Source: Podarcis muralis
Taxonomy: Eukaryota
DNA: 64,000 nt
Assembly (NCBI RefSeq): GCF_964188315.1
Contig: NC_135664.1
Location: forward strand, 7,068,001-7,132,000
Direction: 5' to 3'
Shown here piece after piece: positions 1-12,200 of the stretch. How positions within the stretch are numbered: the stretch's first letter is position 1; each line of letters begins with the position of its first letter. The position numbers and the translations under genes are program-made. A model generated the notes under the pieces. The model was not told the DNA's origin. It was given only the letters and a program-made list of their open reading frames with translations, and did not search any database.

Positions 1-1793
1 GAAAGGTATCAACAAGGGCAGTGAGCATTTGCACACCAGTGCAGTACAGGTTTTAACACACAGTTTGAGACAAGAGAGGTTAACGTTCACTCTAGGCTAT
101 TAGTAGTCATGCTACCAGGACCAAAATAGAAGGGAACCCCCAAGGATCCATTTGTCTTCATAATTTACATCATAAATGACATACAAACTCTGCAAGTAAT
201 CACTTATTTTTCTTTTAGGTCACAGTTAACAAGTAGCTAAGCTTGAAAATATCTACAGGCGATACCAGACAACAGTTTCTATTTGAGCAGGTCCCAATCA
301 ACTAAACGTTCTTGAAGTCCTAATTAAATCAATAAAACTACTTTATGTTAAATCTCTGTCACAAGGACGTAGCCAGCAGCACCTGTCTTCTTTCCCCTTT
401 ATTAATTAGGATTTTTATCCCACCCTGCCTGTCACGAAGTCTTGGGGTAGAATACAATATAAAATACTCCCACGCACTCTCAGACAAGCAGCAGTGTTTA
501 AAATCATTCTGGGCTTTGAGGCTACAGCTGGACCGACACTGTGATCCTAAGCATGTTGAGTCAGAAGTAACTCCTACCAAGCTTTAGGACATGTGTTACC
601 CTCCAAGTAAGCATGCAAAAGTACTTTGTAGTAAATTGCACTGAACTCAATGGAACTTTTCCCAGAGTAGATGTGCTTAGGTTCATGCTGCATAGATCCC
701 AAACAGAACAACCAAAATGTTCCCTCTTAAACCCACCACTCCCCCAAACTATCCCAATACGCAACCCACATACCATGTAAATTAATAAGGGATTATAATA
801 GTTTATGAATGAATTTATGAGGAATTATTAGCTAATATTTCATGTACAGCATTTTTAATGGCATCCAACTTCCAGATAGTTCATGATGGTGTTAGGAAGA
901 TAAAAGAAGAAGGTGAAAACCATGTATATCCCCCCTCACGTAGTTTAGTGGGTAGCCCAAAGTCATTCACATGAACTTCATGGCTTAACATAGATTTGAA
1001 CCCAGATCTCGCTGCCCCAATTCCAGCACTCCATCAAGCCAATACAGCATAATAGCTTTTTATCATAAATCTTTTATTTGAAATAAAAACACATTTAAGA
1101 TTGAAAAACACATTTAAGAATCAATAAATTAACCCCAAACACATAATCTGAAACATCACACAGCATTTAAAAATAAATAAATACCAAAGGACACTGGAAT
1201 CATTGTCCTAAGCACAAATGCAAATGCAGGATTTCCTCTTGCCATTCCACAATGTCACCTTTCCCCATCACTAACCCCTCTGCTCTAGAGACAAAGCCTC
1301 TCAGATTTGTGGCAAACAAGAGGGGGGAAAGTAGTGTAATCGATTTTTGAAAAGTTTTCTAGGCTGCAGATTAAGGGATGGAGATAACAGGGTGTCTCGA
1401 CTTCATTTTTTAAGAGGAGAAGCGCGCAAAAGCTCTGAAGACAAAACTAGGAAGCGAAGAATAGGAGCGACGGGGATGGGGGGCTGATGGGAGACTGGCG
1501 CTGAGAACAAGGGAAGAAACCAAATTCGTTGCCCAAAAATGACTTGGGGGGCAGGGAGTACTTCGGGTTAGCCCACATGAATCCATTTCCTCTTCCCGTC
1601 AAACCAACTGACAGGCTTGCTTCGGCGCCCCCCCCCCCCGCAAAGCACTAGATCCAGCCTTAGCCAGGCTAAACCCATTGAAATCAACGGGATGTAAGGT
1701 GGTCGTGGCAGAGCCCCACTCCTTTCCTATGGTGGGTTTTTTGTTCCGCGCAAGTCTTCGTCTGCTTCCTGCCCCAAAATCAATGAATGAAGG

Positions 1794-1920
1794 CAGTGGC
1801 GTAGCGTGGGTTGTCAGCACCCGGGGCAAGGCAAGTAATTTGCGCCCCCTAACCCTAAGCCCCAGATGTTGCGCCCGGTGCGGCCGCCCCCCCCTGCACC
1901 CCCCCCACGCTACGCCACTG
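1794..1920. mobile_element. hAT-type MITE (127 bp) in RELN intron 1
   Basis: 17-bp TIR CAGTGGCGTAGCGTGGG / CCCACGCTACGCCACTG. Perfect 8-bp TSD AATGAAGG. Confidence 0.9.
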
Positions 1921-2264
1921 AATGAAGGCACAGGCTCCCCCCTTACGCACCCAGACCCAGAAAGAGCCGGGGGCAGAAGCCGCGAACCGGCCGGGGAAGG
2001 CTGCCCAAGTGGCGGCGGCGGCGGAGGAATCCCACGGGCGCCGCGCAGCCTGGACCTGCGCGCTCCGAAGTGGCCCCTTCTCTGAAGTGCGGCGCGCCGG
2101 TGTCGGCGGCGCAACACGCGCCCGGCAGCAACAACGCCGCCCCCCGCCCCGAACTCTCTTTCTTCAGGCAAAGAGCAGCAGCCGAGACCCGGAGGAGCAG
2201 CTCACAGGTGCTTTCCATGGACGAGAAGCATCGCCCCCCCCCCCCCCCGCTCCCGGACCCTTAC

Positions 2265-2529
2265 CGTGGTATTCCTGCCCCGGCACGTAGAAGGTGGGGT
2301 TTCCCGCGATGTGGAGGGAGATGAGCACCTCGCCCTGCTCGCCGTCCCCTTCCAGCTCGCCGTGGTGGGTGCAGAGGAAAAAGAAAGGCGAGAAGCGCGG
2401 GTAGTAGCCCGCGGCGCCCTGGGCCACCTGGGACGACGCCCAGAGCATCACGCCCAGCAGCAGCAGCGCCCCGGAGGGGAAAGTCCGGCGCCGGGGCCGG
2501 GGGGCTGGCGGGGTCCGCTTGGGCTCCAT
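2265..2529 (-). CDS. RELN: Reelin, coding exon 1 (signal peptide and start of reeler domain)
   Basis: Translation ends in [48 protein letters not shown], the reelin N-terminus. ATG at 2529 has a strong context (agcATGG). Donor is CACG|GTAAGG (phase 1), 88 codons + 1 nt. Confidence 0.97.
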
Positions 2530-3405
2530 GCTCGGCTCGCTGCTCCGGTCGCCGCCAGCTCCTCACGGTCATCCAGAGGCGGGGGGCTCCCCCAAGAAAG
2601 AAGCGGAGGCGGAGAGCGCCGCGCGCCGAAGGCGGGGAGCGAAGTTTTGACAGGAATTGGGGCAGACCCAGAAGTTTGGCGCCGCCGCTGCCGCTGCCCC
2701 GCGAGCGACTCCCCGCCGCCGACAGAGAGAAAGACAGAAATCGCCTCAGACGCCTCAGCAGCAGCTGCTGCCACCTCCTCCTCCTCCTCCTCCTCCTCTC
2801 CGTCTCCCTCCCGCGCGCCCGCTCCCCACACCTTCTTAAAGCCGCGCGCCGGTAGCTTTGATTGGGAAAGGGAGCGGCGAGGAGAGAGCGCGCGCGCGAG
2901 GGAGAGAGCGAGAGAGAGGTTCGTCTTTCCCGCCCACCGCGCCCTCTGCCCTCCCGGGGGCAACGTGAGGGGCGAGCGGGGCAAGGCGAGGAGAGCGCCC
3001 GCCTGGAGTCCGACGAAAGAAGCAGGCGCTGAGGCGCTGAGACAGAGGGAAAAGATGAGGCAGAAAAGCGCCGGGGCTGGAAAGAATGGATTCCCCTTGG
3101 CGGCTGAGGGGGCAGCTCTCCCCGCTTGGTTGTAGTTGCTGCTGCTGCCCGTGAGGAAGAGGCGGGCAGGGAGCTGGAAGGGCGACTCGAGCAGAGCCAC
3201 TTGGCTGTGGCTTTGTCTGGGCTGCTTGGGCTCCCTCTTTCTTTCTCTCTTTCTCTCTCTCTCCTCCTTCCCCCTCTCCCTTCTCTCCTCTCTTCTTCTT
3301 CTTCCCCTCTTATAAACTAAGCCGGATCATGGACCCAAGGGCACTCTTTCGGCCAGGGATGAGTCCCACAGAAACTTCAGCTGCACCTGCTGGGGAATAA
3401 AACCC

Positions 3406-3446
<41 letters not shown>

Positions 3447-3450
<4 letters not shown>

Positions 3451-3590
3451 AGATAGGTAGCCGTGTTGGTCTGCCATAGTCAAAACAAAAAAATTCCTTC
3501 CAGTAGCACCTTAAAGACCAACTAAGTTAGTTCTTGGTATGAGCTTTCGTGTGCATGTACACTACTTCTTCGTGTGCATGCACGCTTCTT
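3447..3590 (-). mobile_element. Penelope-like (PLE) short element with a scrambled 5' end, inserted in a (TAT)n tract
   Basis: Near-identical to the copies at 8994 and 42291. (TAT)n on both sides. The CTGAAGA hammerhead core is missing. Confidence 0.75.
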
Positions 3591-6475
3591 TATTATTATT
3601 ATTATTATTAGTGCAACTACTGATAATTATAAACCTTTCGAAAAAAGGTAGTTTACAGCCTTGGTATGATTATCCCAGAAGCAAGAGCAAATGTCGTTCT
3701 TTTGAGCATTGCCCTCCTCTTCATGTCTGATCTTTTTTAAAAATGTGATCCCCCAGCCCAGCCCACACACACATACAAAAAGGAAAAAGCAAGACTGGCA
3801 GTAGCATTACATTGCACTGACCCTACTCTTAATTTCTCCAATTGCCAGGCTCACAGCACCAGAACTTACTGGAGTGCAAAATATCATTATTGGTATTTAA
3901 CGTCCGAAAGAGTTGAGTGGGCAATTGGTAACAATTAAAAGGGGGGGGGGGGGAAGAGCTAAATGTAATTAAATTGGCAGCTTCTTGCTCACATAGTTTT
4001 ATTTCTTTTGCTCTGTGTGTTTGTGCAGGGACATTTCCTCGCCATCCCTTCAGCCCAGACCTGTGTAACCGAAAGAGCGATATCATTGGGAAAAAGAACA
4101 GATGCACCGAAGGAGGGGAAAACGAAAAGCCAAACGCAGAGCTTGGGCTGGAGGAATATTTCGTAACAAAGCAGTTGCTTTCAAACATTCAGGATGCCCT
4201 GGCAGGAGGACCTCGGCACCAGGAGGCAGAGGCCAACCTTCCAGGCTTTAATGTAGCTTTCTTGGTCCCCTACCAGCAACCCGACAGAACCAGTGTGAGC
4301 ATTCAGAACATGATGTAATTCGAAATGATAGCATACCTGCCAGCGTTTCTGAAGCGCAAGAATGGTACAGTTCAGGAAGGTCCCTCTTGAATTACTCTCA
4401 TTGCAAAGGGAAAGATATCCTTCCTTTCTCACCTCCCCATGCCAATTCCCACCCCACCCCCCAAATCTCAAGGAAGAACAAGCTGATCACATGGAACGCA
4501 TCTTGTGGCTGGCCTACATCTTTCCCTTTCCTCGCACAGGCAGACTGCCTCTCTGGCCCATCTCCCACACATCTGATGTGTATTCTACATACCAGGCCCA
4601 AGGGAGGCCATTGCCATCTGTTTTACCTGGAAGCACTGCCAAATCTGTACCAAACCACAGCTCACCTGCTAGAACTTTTCCTAAGAACGTTTCTCAATTT
4701 TCCCCAGCTGTGTTGATTGAGGGGGTATTTAAAAACACTGTATTTTTTTATTTTATTTTTGACAGGGCTGGATGAGAACGTGAAAAATGCACAGTCCAAC
4801 ATAGGCATTTCCAACACAGCGAAGGTAAATGGGGCGTCCTGCAGTGAAGTAGCAGTACACAAGCCCATTCCAAAAGTCTAATGCCTTGGAAATGGAAACC
4901 TTTGAAAGTCACAGATGAGAATCAAGCTGGCTCCGTTCTCACCATTAAAAAATAAATAAATAAATGTCAATCCCATGAATCTCAGTGCTCATAAACATGA
5001 CAGGCTAATAACACCATTTTTACTGCCAAACAGAGTGCAGGCAAATAGCCTTTCACATAACTTTGCCAGCACAACCCATTCTGAGTACATTTTCCTAGCA
5101 TGCTCTCTGGCCTGCCAGCACAGATATTCCAAAATGGGCCAAATTATGCAAGGTAACAAACATTCCCTCCTTGGCATGCCAATACGCAGAACTAGCAATA
5201 ATTTGAGTTGGGGGGGTGGTGGACCCATGAGACATTTAGGAGGGATGTCTACATGTATCTCATGCATTGTATACTTAACTAAACATATAGTGGAGGGAGG
5301 AGGAATTTCTGTAACACCACCTGCTAACAATGCAGCAAGAGGAATGGACTCCAGCTGCTTCTGCTTGGATATGTCTGATCTAGCCAGTGTTACCTTTTTC
5401 AGCAGACAACCCTACAAATAAGCTGGAGGAAGGATGATGCAAAGTCTGCAGATCTATCAGAGGGATTCTAATCCCTGCTGAAGTCAACGAGAGTACTTCC
5501 AAAGCTTTCTCGGGGCTGTTCAGTTTTACCTTAATTTTTCTCTCTAACTCCACCTTATCAGCATCCATCCACAGCATTTTCACTACCCCATACTATCGCT
5601 CTCCCTTCCTCCCTCATGTCAGCTCTTTATCTTGTATCTCCCTCTTCATATTACCTTCTTTATTTACAACCTCCCCCCAGAGCTCCATGTGGGTTTGAAT
5701 GTGTAAGCTTTGTGAATCTGAGCCTTGATGTACAAAGAAACCCAATGTAGTCCATATCTGGAATGGACAATTGAGACATACCTATATATTTGAGAATATA
5801 TATTATGACAATTCTAGTAATTATATTAATTATGAAAAGCATACACCAGTAGCTCAAGTTTTGGCAAAACCTATCAATGCATACTGCTTTTACCAGACTG
5901 GATTCCCATTTATCTTACATGCCACCTGAGCCTGCTGTTGATCAACATTAACTTGCATTCTGATAATAAAAAGTGCTGTATAATCACTGTGCTAGCTGAA
6001 CATTTTTTACTTCCTTCCTTTTGCTATCTAACTATGTTGTATACTTCAGTTCTTGAACTCTCTACAGCCTGGGAGTTCAGAGTCTTTCAATTTAAATTTT
6101 GTTGGTATTACCCTGCACTGAAAATAATAGAAACTTAATTTTAAAATAAGAATATGGAAAGCTGCCTTATACCAAGACAGATTAGTCGTCCATCTAGCTT
6201 AGTGCTACCTACTCTTGACTGCTAGTGGGTCTCATGGGTTTCAGATTATTCCAGTCGTTCCTGAAACCTGGGAGCTTTTGCTTGCAAAATGTGTTCCATC
6301 ACTGGGCACAGTTCTTAGGGTTAATAAAACAGAATAAAATGCCACACAAAAATGGTTAGCAAACAAAATTTGGGAGTTAACACTATCAGCATTAGAGCAT
6401 CACAGATGCGTCAACTTACGAATGTAGATTTCCGTTTCACAATAGTCATTAAACTGTCCACTGTTCCATTTATTG

Positions 6476-6688
6476 TCGTGGTTCCCAAACCCTTTTCCCA
6501 CGGACCACGCAGAAATCGATGAGCATCTTTCTTGGTGGACCACTTAATGATTTTTTTCTGCCTGTTGTAGCAATTGCAATATTGTGTTAAATGCTGCATG
6601 ATTTTTAATTGTATTTTTACAGACATGCCAAGAATTATCTGGATGAAGGTAGTGGACAACTAGTGGCCCACAGGTTGGGGACCCCATA
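6476..6688. mobile_element. Degenerate non-autonomous hAT element
   Basis: GTGGTTCCCAAACC at the left and GGTTGGGGACCCC at the right. No clean TSD. Confidence 0.5.
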
Positions 6689-7326
6689 TCTATTGCACCT
6701 GAACTGAAAAACAGAATATAAATAACACCAAGCAAATAAAATTCAAGTCACATCTCTACCCATGTCTGCACTTGAAAGGGTTGCACACATTTCTTCCTTT
6801 TCTCCTCCCCTTGATATTCCATCCTTACACACTTTCCTGCCTGCCATCAACTGATTATGTGCTGCCGCATCTCTCACACTCTGTAATAATGTCAGCATAA
6901 TAAAGACAGCCTTAATCTAGTTTCTAAAATGGCAATAAAGATGAGTTATCTATTAAGCAGCTACATGTTCTAACGGGTCATCAAAATCAAAGCCTTTGAT
7001 ATCTTTATCTGAGTTTGCAAGGCCTAATAACTCTTTCGGCAGGAGCTATATGTTGTTGATCCCCCATCTCCAGCTTAAAGCATGATTTGCATTAACAATG
7101 TTCTGCCTGCTCAGAGAATCATTAGAGGCTGGTGATGAGGGGAAACTCCATGATTCCAGGTACATCAAAACCTCCTAAAAATGAACTCAAGAAATGATTG
7201 TTAAAATGATATAATGGTGTAAAAGGCAGTATGGAATTTCTGTGCCTACTTAGAAATCTGCCAAAGGAGGAATGCAGTTGGGAACTAAAGTATTCTCACT
7301 TAAAATACTTATCTTTCAAGTTTAGG

Positions 7327-7666
7327 TAGCGTGGACTATATCTGAAGGAGCGTCTCCACCCCCACCGTTCTACCCGGACACTGAGGTCCAGCACCGAGGG
7401 CCTTCTGGCAGTTCCCTCACTGCGAGAAGCCAAGTTACAGGGAACCAGGCAGAGGGCCTTCTCGGTAGTGGCGCCTTCCCTGTGGAACACCCTCCCACCA
7501 GATGTCAAAGAGAAAAACAACTACCAGGCTTTTAGAAGACATCTGAAGGCAGCCCTGTTTCGGGAAGCTTTTAATGTTTGATGTATTATAGTATTTTAAT
7601 ATTCTTTTGGAAGCCGCCCAGAGTGGCTGGGGAAGCCCAGCCAGATGGGCGGGGTATAAATAATAA

Positions 7667-7714
<48 letters not shown>

Positions 7715-7716
7715 TA
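7327..7716 (+). mobile_element. L2 LINE 3' fragment with (TAA)n tail
   Basis: Encodes YLKERLHPH...RAFSVVAPSLWNTLP...HLKAALFREAFNV*, an L2 ORF2 C-terminus. Confidence 0.85.
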
Positions 7717-8585
7717 AGAGTTAGGCACGTGTAAGTCTTACTGATTTCATTGATACTTAAGTGCATCTACCTACATTAGATTGAAGACAAGACATGGATG
7801 GCATAGGAAATGGCTGTCGCATGAGAGCCACTTAAAAGTGCTTCATATGGCAATTGCCTCCTCACACGGTAACATCGTAGGATCTGGGACATAGCTGGAA
7901 AAGCCACAGCTTTTACTGAACAGTATTGGTTGTGGAGAGAGATTTGACGGTATTACAGAGGAACGGGTGCTGCAAACCTTTAGTTTTTGCAGGCACTTTC
8001 TGCCTTTGAAAGGTGCACGGAAGGCATCGAAGTAACTATAGCTCCACTAAGGGTGGAATTTGGTAATAGTTCATAATATGGCACCCTGAGTGAGGCCAGA
8101 ATTTGGCGCTCTGAGATGAATCGCCTCCATCATGGATCTTCTCAATTTTGCACCCCCTCAGCTCTTGGCACCTTTTGCAGGAGGACCGCCCAGGCCACCT
8201 TAGCTCTGGCGCTGGCTCCCCCTTTGCCACACACTCCCCTGTACTGTTATACATTACTTCGGTATGCTTGAAAGGCACAAGAGCTCTGCTAGAATTTCCA
8301 GCATGGTTGCTTCGAACAGCCGTTGCAGAATGGATTTTCAGGTCTCTGGTGCAGAGAATGTTTGCATTTTCATCTCAGGGTTGCCACTTCAGGCTTCAGG
8401 AGGTGGGAGCAAATCTATTTCTGTGTGTGCTGGCAACAATTAGAGTTGTACACTTGAACAGATAGCCACTATATTTTGAAAACATTTGCTGTACCTAATA
8501 ATGACCAGGAATATAGATACTCCAGCACAATAATTACATCAAGTCTGAAACACAGGGTATGTAGGTATGTGTGGATCCTTTCCCC

Positions 8586-8737
8586 ACACAGAACCACAGA
8601 ACTGTAGAGTTGGAGGCTACCCTGAGGATCATCTAGTCCAACTACCTGCAATGCAGGAATATGCAGCTGTACCATATGGAGATTGAACCTTCAACCTTGG
8701 TGTTGCCAGCACCACACTCTAACCAACTGAGCTATCC
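8586..8737 (-). mobile_element. tRNA-derived SINE with CR1-type tail (Squam2-like)
   Basis: GGATAGCTCAGTTGGTTAGAG head and GGACTAGATGATCCTCAGG tail on the minus strand. Confidence 0.65.
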
Positions 8738-8764
8738 ATCTGCATATGTTCCAGGAGAGTTTGT

Positions 8765-8915
8765 CGTTCAGTCGTAGAGCACATGCTTTCCATGCAAAAG
8801 GTCCTAGATTCAAAACTTGGCATCTCCAGGTAGGGATTAGGAAAACTGGCTTGAAAATCTGCGCACCCCCTGCCAGTCAGAGACAATACTGAGTTGGATA
8901 GATCAACAGCTTCAC
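8765..8915 (+). mobile_element. Old tRNA-derived SINE with CR1-like tail (related minus-strand relics at ~6152-6310 and ~47218-47405)
   Basis: Degenerate A/B boxes. GACAATACTGAG..AGAT tail shared among the copies. Confidence 0.55.
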
Positions 8916-8992
8916 CACATACAGGGTGAGTCTTTTAAAAGAGGCTCTGTGGAACATGTGTACTCTGTATCCACGCGGCCTCTTTTAAAGGA

Positions 8993-9202
8993 ACAGATGG
9001 GTAGCCGTGTTGGTCTGCCATAGTCAAAACAAAAAAAATTCCTTCCAGTAGCACCTTAAAGACCAACTAAGTTAGTTCTTGGTATGAGCTTTCGTGTGCA
9101 TTTCGTGGTATCTGAAGAAGTGTGCATGCACACGAAAGCTCATACCAAGAACTAACTTAGTTGGTCTTTAAGGTGCTACTGGAAGGAATTTTTTTTGTTT
9201 TT
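8993..9202. mobile_element. Penelope-like element remnant with an inverted pLTR-type arrangement
   Basis: 75-bp perfect inverted repeat (9026-9100 / 9127-9201). Flanking 12-bp direct repeat TCTTTTAAAGGA (8981-8992 and 9203-9214). Confidence 0.8.
9106..9147 (+). ncRNA. Minimal type I hammerhead ribozyme motif (PLE-associated)
   Basis: TGGTAT-CTGAAGA-A-GTGTGCATGCACAC-GAAA-GC-TC|ATACCA. 6-bp stem I, palindromic stem II, minimal AGCU stem III. Predicted cleavage after C9141. Confidence 0.7.
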
Positions 9203-12200
9203 TCTTTTAAAGGACTCACTCTGTATATAACACAGTTTCCATGTTATTAAATGGAATCCTTAGTTAACTTGCCCTGTGAAGGCTTACTCCCCATTTGGAG
9301 TAAGATAGTCATTCCTGCCTTGACTTGGGAAAGTATATTCTCGGAAATAATGTGCCCATTAAATTTGGAACTTGGCATGCTGATATGGGTGGAAGTTATT
9401 AGGTTTTTTATGTGTCATTCAGAGTGTGCCGGTAAATGATGCCCATTCATTGTGGCAATCGAGGCAGGAACAAAAATCAGTTTGTAGAAGTGATAACATC
9501 CTTACGCTGAGTCCTTGCAAATGTGTGAAGATTGTGTTGGAACTTACAGATTTATGGTTCTTTTTACAGGACTTCTCTAACTTGTGCTCTGCTATTCTAA
9601 TTACATCTGAGAACTCGTTACTTCTGTTTCATCTGCTGCATAAAGAATGTTGGGAGTTAGTAATGCAAAACAAGTATGCAATGGATAAATATACTAGAGT
9701 GCAAGCGCTACCCGTAAAACTTTAGTTTTAGAGTGTGAACATGCTTTTACTGAGTACTTCTGTCACCACATCCTGAAGGCAGGTAACAAGATCAAATATA
9801 TGTATTTAAGAAAGTTATAGTGAAATTCTGTCGGTTCCTATGGAATCTACCACACATGTATCCTATTCATGGCCATGAAATGCCAGCTAGAATAATAAAC
9901 TTTAAAAATGCTGTGGGCCAAACTAATCGTGATGTTAATCACATGGCTGGCCCTTGCATGCCTGTTTTTTCTTTACTAAATAACAGCCATATTGAAGGTA
10001 GAGAAATATGGATTAGGGCAGTAGCATGAGGGATGGGATTTCAACACTTTACTCCTACCATTCTTCCAATCCAAATCTCCCCACTGCAGCTGCTATCAGG
10101 AAATGTAAGGGGTCAAAGAAGTATCATTTTCATTTTGTATTGAGCAACCATTTCTGGTTTCTTTTAAAAAAATAAAATAAATTAGGCATTCACACACAGC
10201 TAGGCAACACACAGGGAGAGGAGGTTTAACCCCTTCCATCACTTTGGTGATCCCAATAAAAATAATTCCCAAGTTGCAATTAGCCTTTGGGAGGGAATAA
10301 CACCCACTGACACCAGTGGGAGAGTTATTCCTAATGATAATTGTGTGAGAGAAGTAGGGGTTAAAACTCACTTCTCTGTGCAGTGCTGATGAAAACCAGG
10401 GAACCTGACCCTAGAATTAATTTTTGAAAAACCAAATGCAGTCGCTGAGCATGAAACAAAAGTAACATATATCTCAGCCCTGAGAGGAGACAACTACCCT
10501 TCTAGTCATCTGTCAAGTGTCCACTAGGGGGGCAGCATTAAATACCTCTCTGCTCTTGCAGTCTTAGCTTGTCACATGGATGAAGAAAGTAGGTGGTGCT
10601 CTCAAATTTTCTCAAGGCATTGTGAAGCATCATATGAGCAGAGCCAGCAACCTTCCATATGTAGAGCAAAATTTGTCTATGTCTTTATCACAGGGTGGAA
10701 GGCAAATGCAGCCATAAATATGGTTTCAGGTGAAATTCATATATTTTTTCTGGTCTTTTTCACAACTTGCTCCTGCTCTCTATAAGTGCCAAATAAGGGA
10801 TCCAAGAAATTAGAGATCTCTGAGATTTAATTAAAATTACTACTTCTGCTGTTACAACTGCCACCACCAGTAGGACACCAAAACACATGTCCGTCTCAGA
10901 ATTCCACTGTCTCTCAACACATAATTCAATCGTTTTGTGTATTTGTGGTGCGCTCCTGTAATCGTGTGTGTGTGTATATGTCGGTGGCATGTTATTGTGT
11001 TCACATGAAATGCTTGCCAGGATTATAAGGGCTTCTTAGGAAGTCACAAGTATTTTATCCTTCAGCCACTATCTGATTTTTCTTATTTTTATTTTGGCAA
11101 ATGTCACTGCCCACACAAAAAAGCCCTCAGAGTGTTCATGACCTAATTTATTTCTCCTCTTCACTAATGCCTACTGTAATGTCCTCAAGGGGACCTAAGG
11201 TACACATGGCAAACAGCCTATGACAACTTGCACAGTGTTTACCTTTTCAAGGAAAGCAGAAGTCTGATCTCCAGCAGCTCTAAAAGATGCACCTCATTTT
11301 CTGCACAATGTTTGCCAAGGACAGGGGAAACCTGAAACCATATTGTCTACTCTTTGTAAGTTGAAAATATTTTCTTTCACATTAACATGTTTTCATGTAG
11401 AAACCATGGCAAAACTTAATGCATGTAACAGTGGCCCCTGACCTTGGGGTTCCCCTTTTCTTCTCAGTGTCCCCTGCTTCCCACCTGTCAATCATCTGAC
11501 ATCACAATGACTCCAGGTACCGTGTTTTCATTTGCCCACACAATCAAACCATGTGGACAAAGGCACAGGTAATCATTAGCACTTGCAAAGTGACTTTCCA
11601 GTCAGCTGACACAACTTCAAATTAATGTAAATACAGTATACACACACTTTAAATATATCTGCATGATGACACAACTGCTGCATATTTTGTGCCAGTCAAG
11701 ACCCAGTCAAGTCCCTCACTGCTTCTTCTTGCTGTTGGCATCCAGACACAAAGACACCCCCCCCTGTATCTTCTACTTCATGTGTATAAAGACATTGTTT
11801 CTAACACCAGCTAATGTGTGGTCCCTGCAGCCGGTTAGAATTCAGATGTGCCCTAAACTAGTCTAGTAGTGCTGACATTACAATTAGTCCAAAGTTGTAA
11901 ATGGCTGGTGATTTGGGGGCAGGAGGAGGGTTAATAAAACAGAGTTGCAAGAAGGGTTATGGTGGGCTTCATGAGACACCATCTGCCATCTGTTCGGGCC
12001 ATTACAATCGATTTAAGTTCTACTGAAGGCATTAAAGTCATGCCAATCTTTTTGAGGCTGTAAGAACATTGGTGTGCTTTAATAAACTGGAGCCAAGTCT
12101 CAAGCACTTCTCCATTCAGAAAGCAGAGTTTTTGAAAGGTCAGAGGTCACCACAGACAGCATCCATTCCCTCCAGTCACCCTTCTGCCAAGAACTAAGAC

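Larger units (their letters stand above)
1590..3200. promoter_or_regulatory. RELN: CpG island spanning the RELN promoter, 5'UTR, exon 1 and start of intron 1
   Basis: Very GC- and CpG-rich against an AT-rich background. TATA-like CTTTAAGAAGGTGTGG on the minus strand at about 2826-2842, about 310 bp upstream of the ATG. Confidence 0.85.

Noticed and set aside
1599-3200. Long ORFs of 120-289 aa on both strands around RELN exon 1
   Set aside because: Shadow ORFs of a GC-rich, stop-poor CpG island. Only 2265-2529 has recognisable protein and splice signals.
3974-4775. ORFs of 96-137 aa upstream of RELN
   Set aside because: No recognisable domain, and lengths are compatible with chance.
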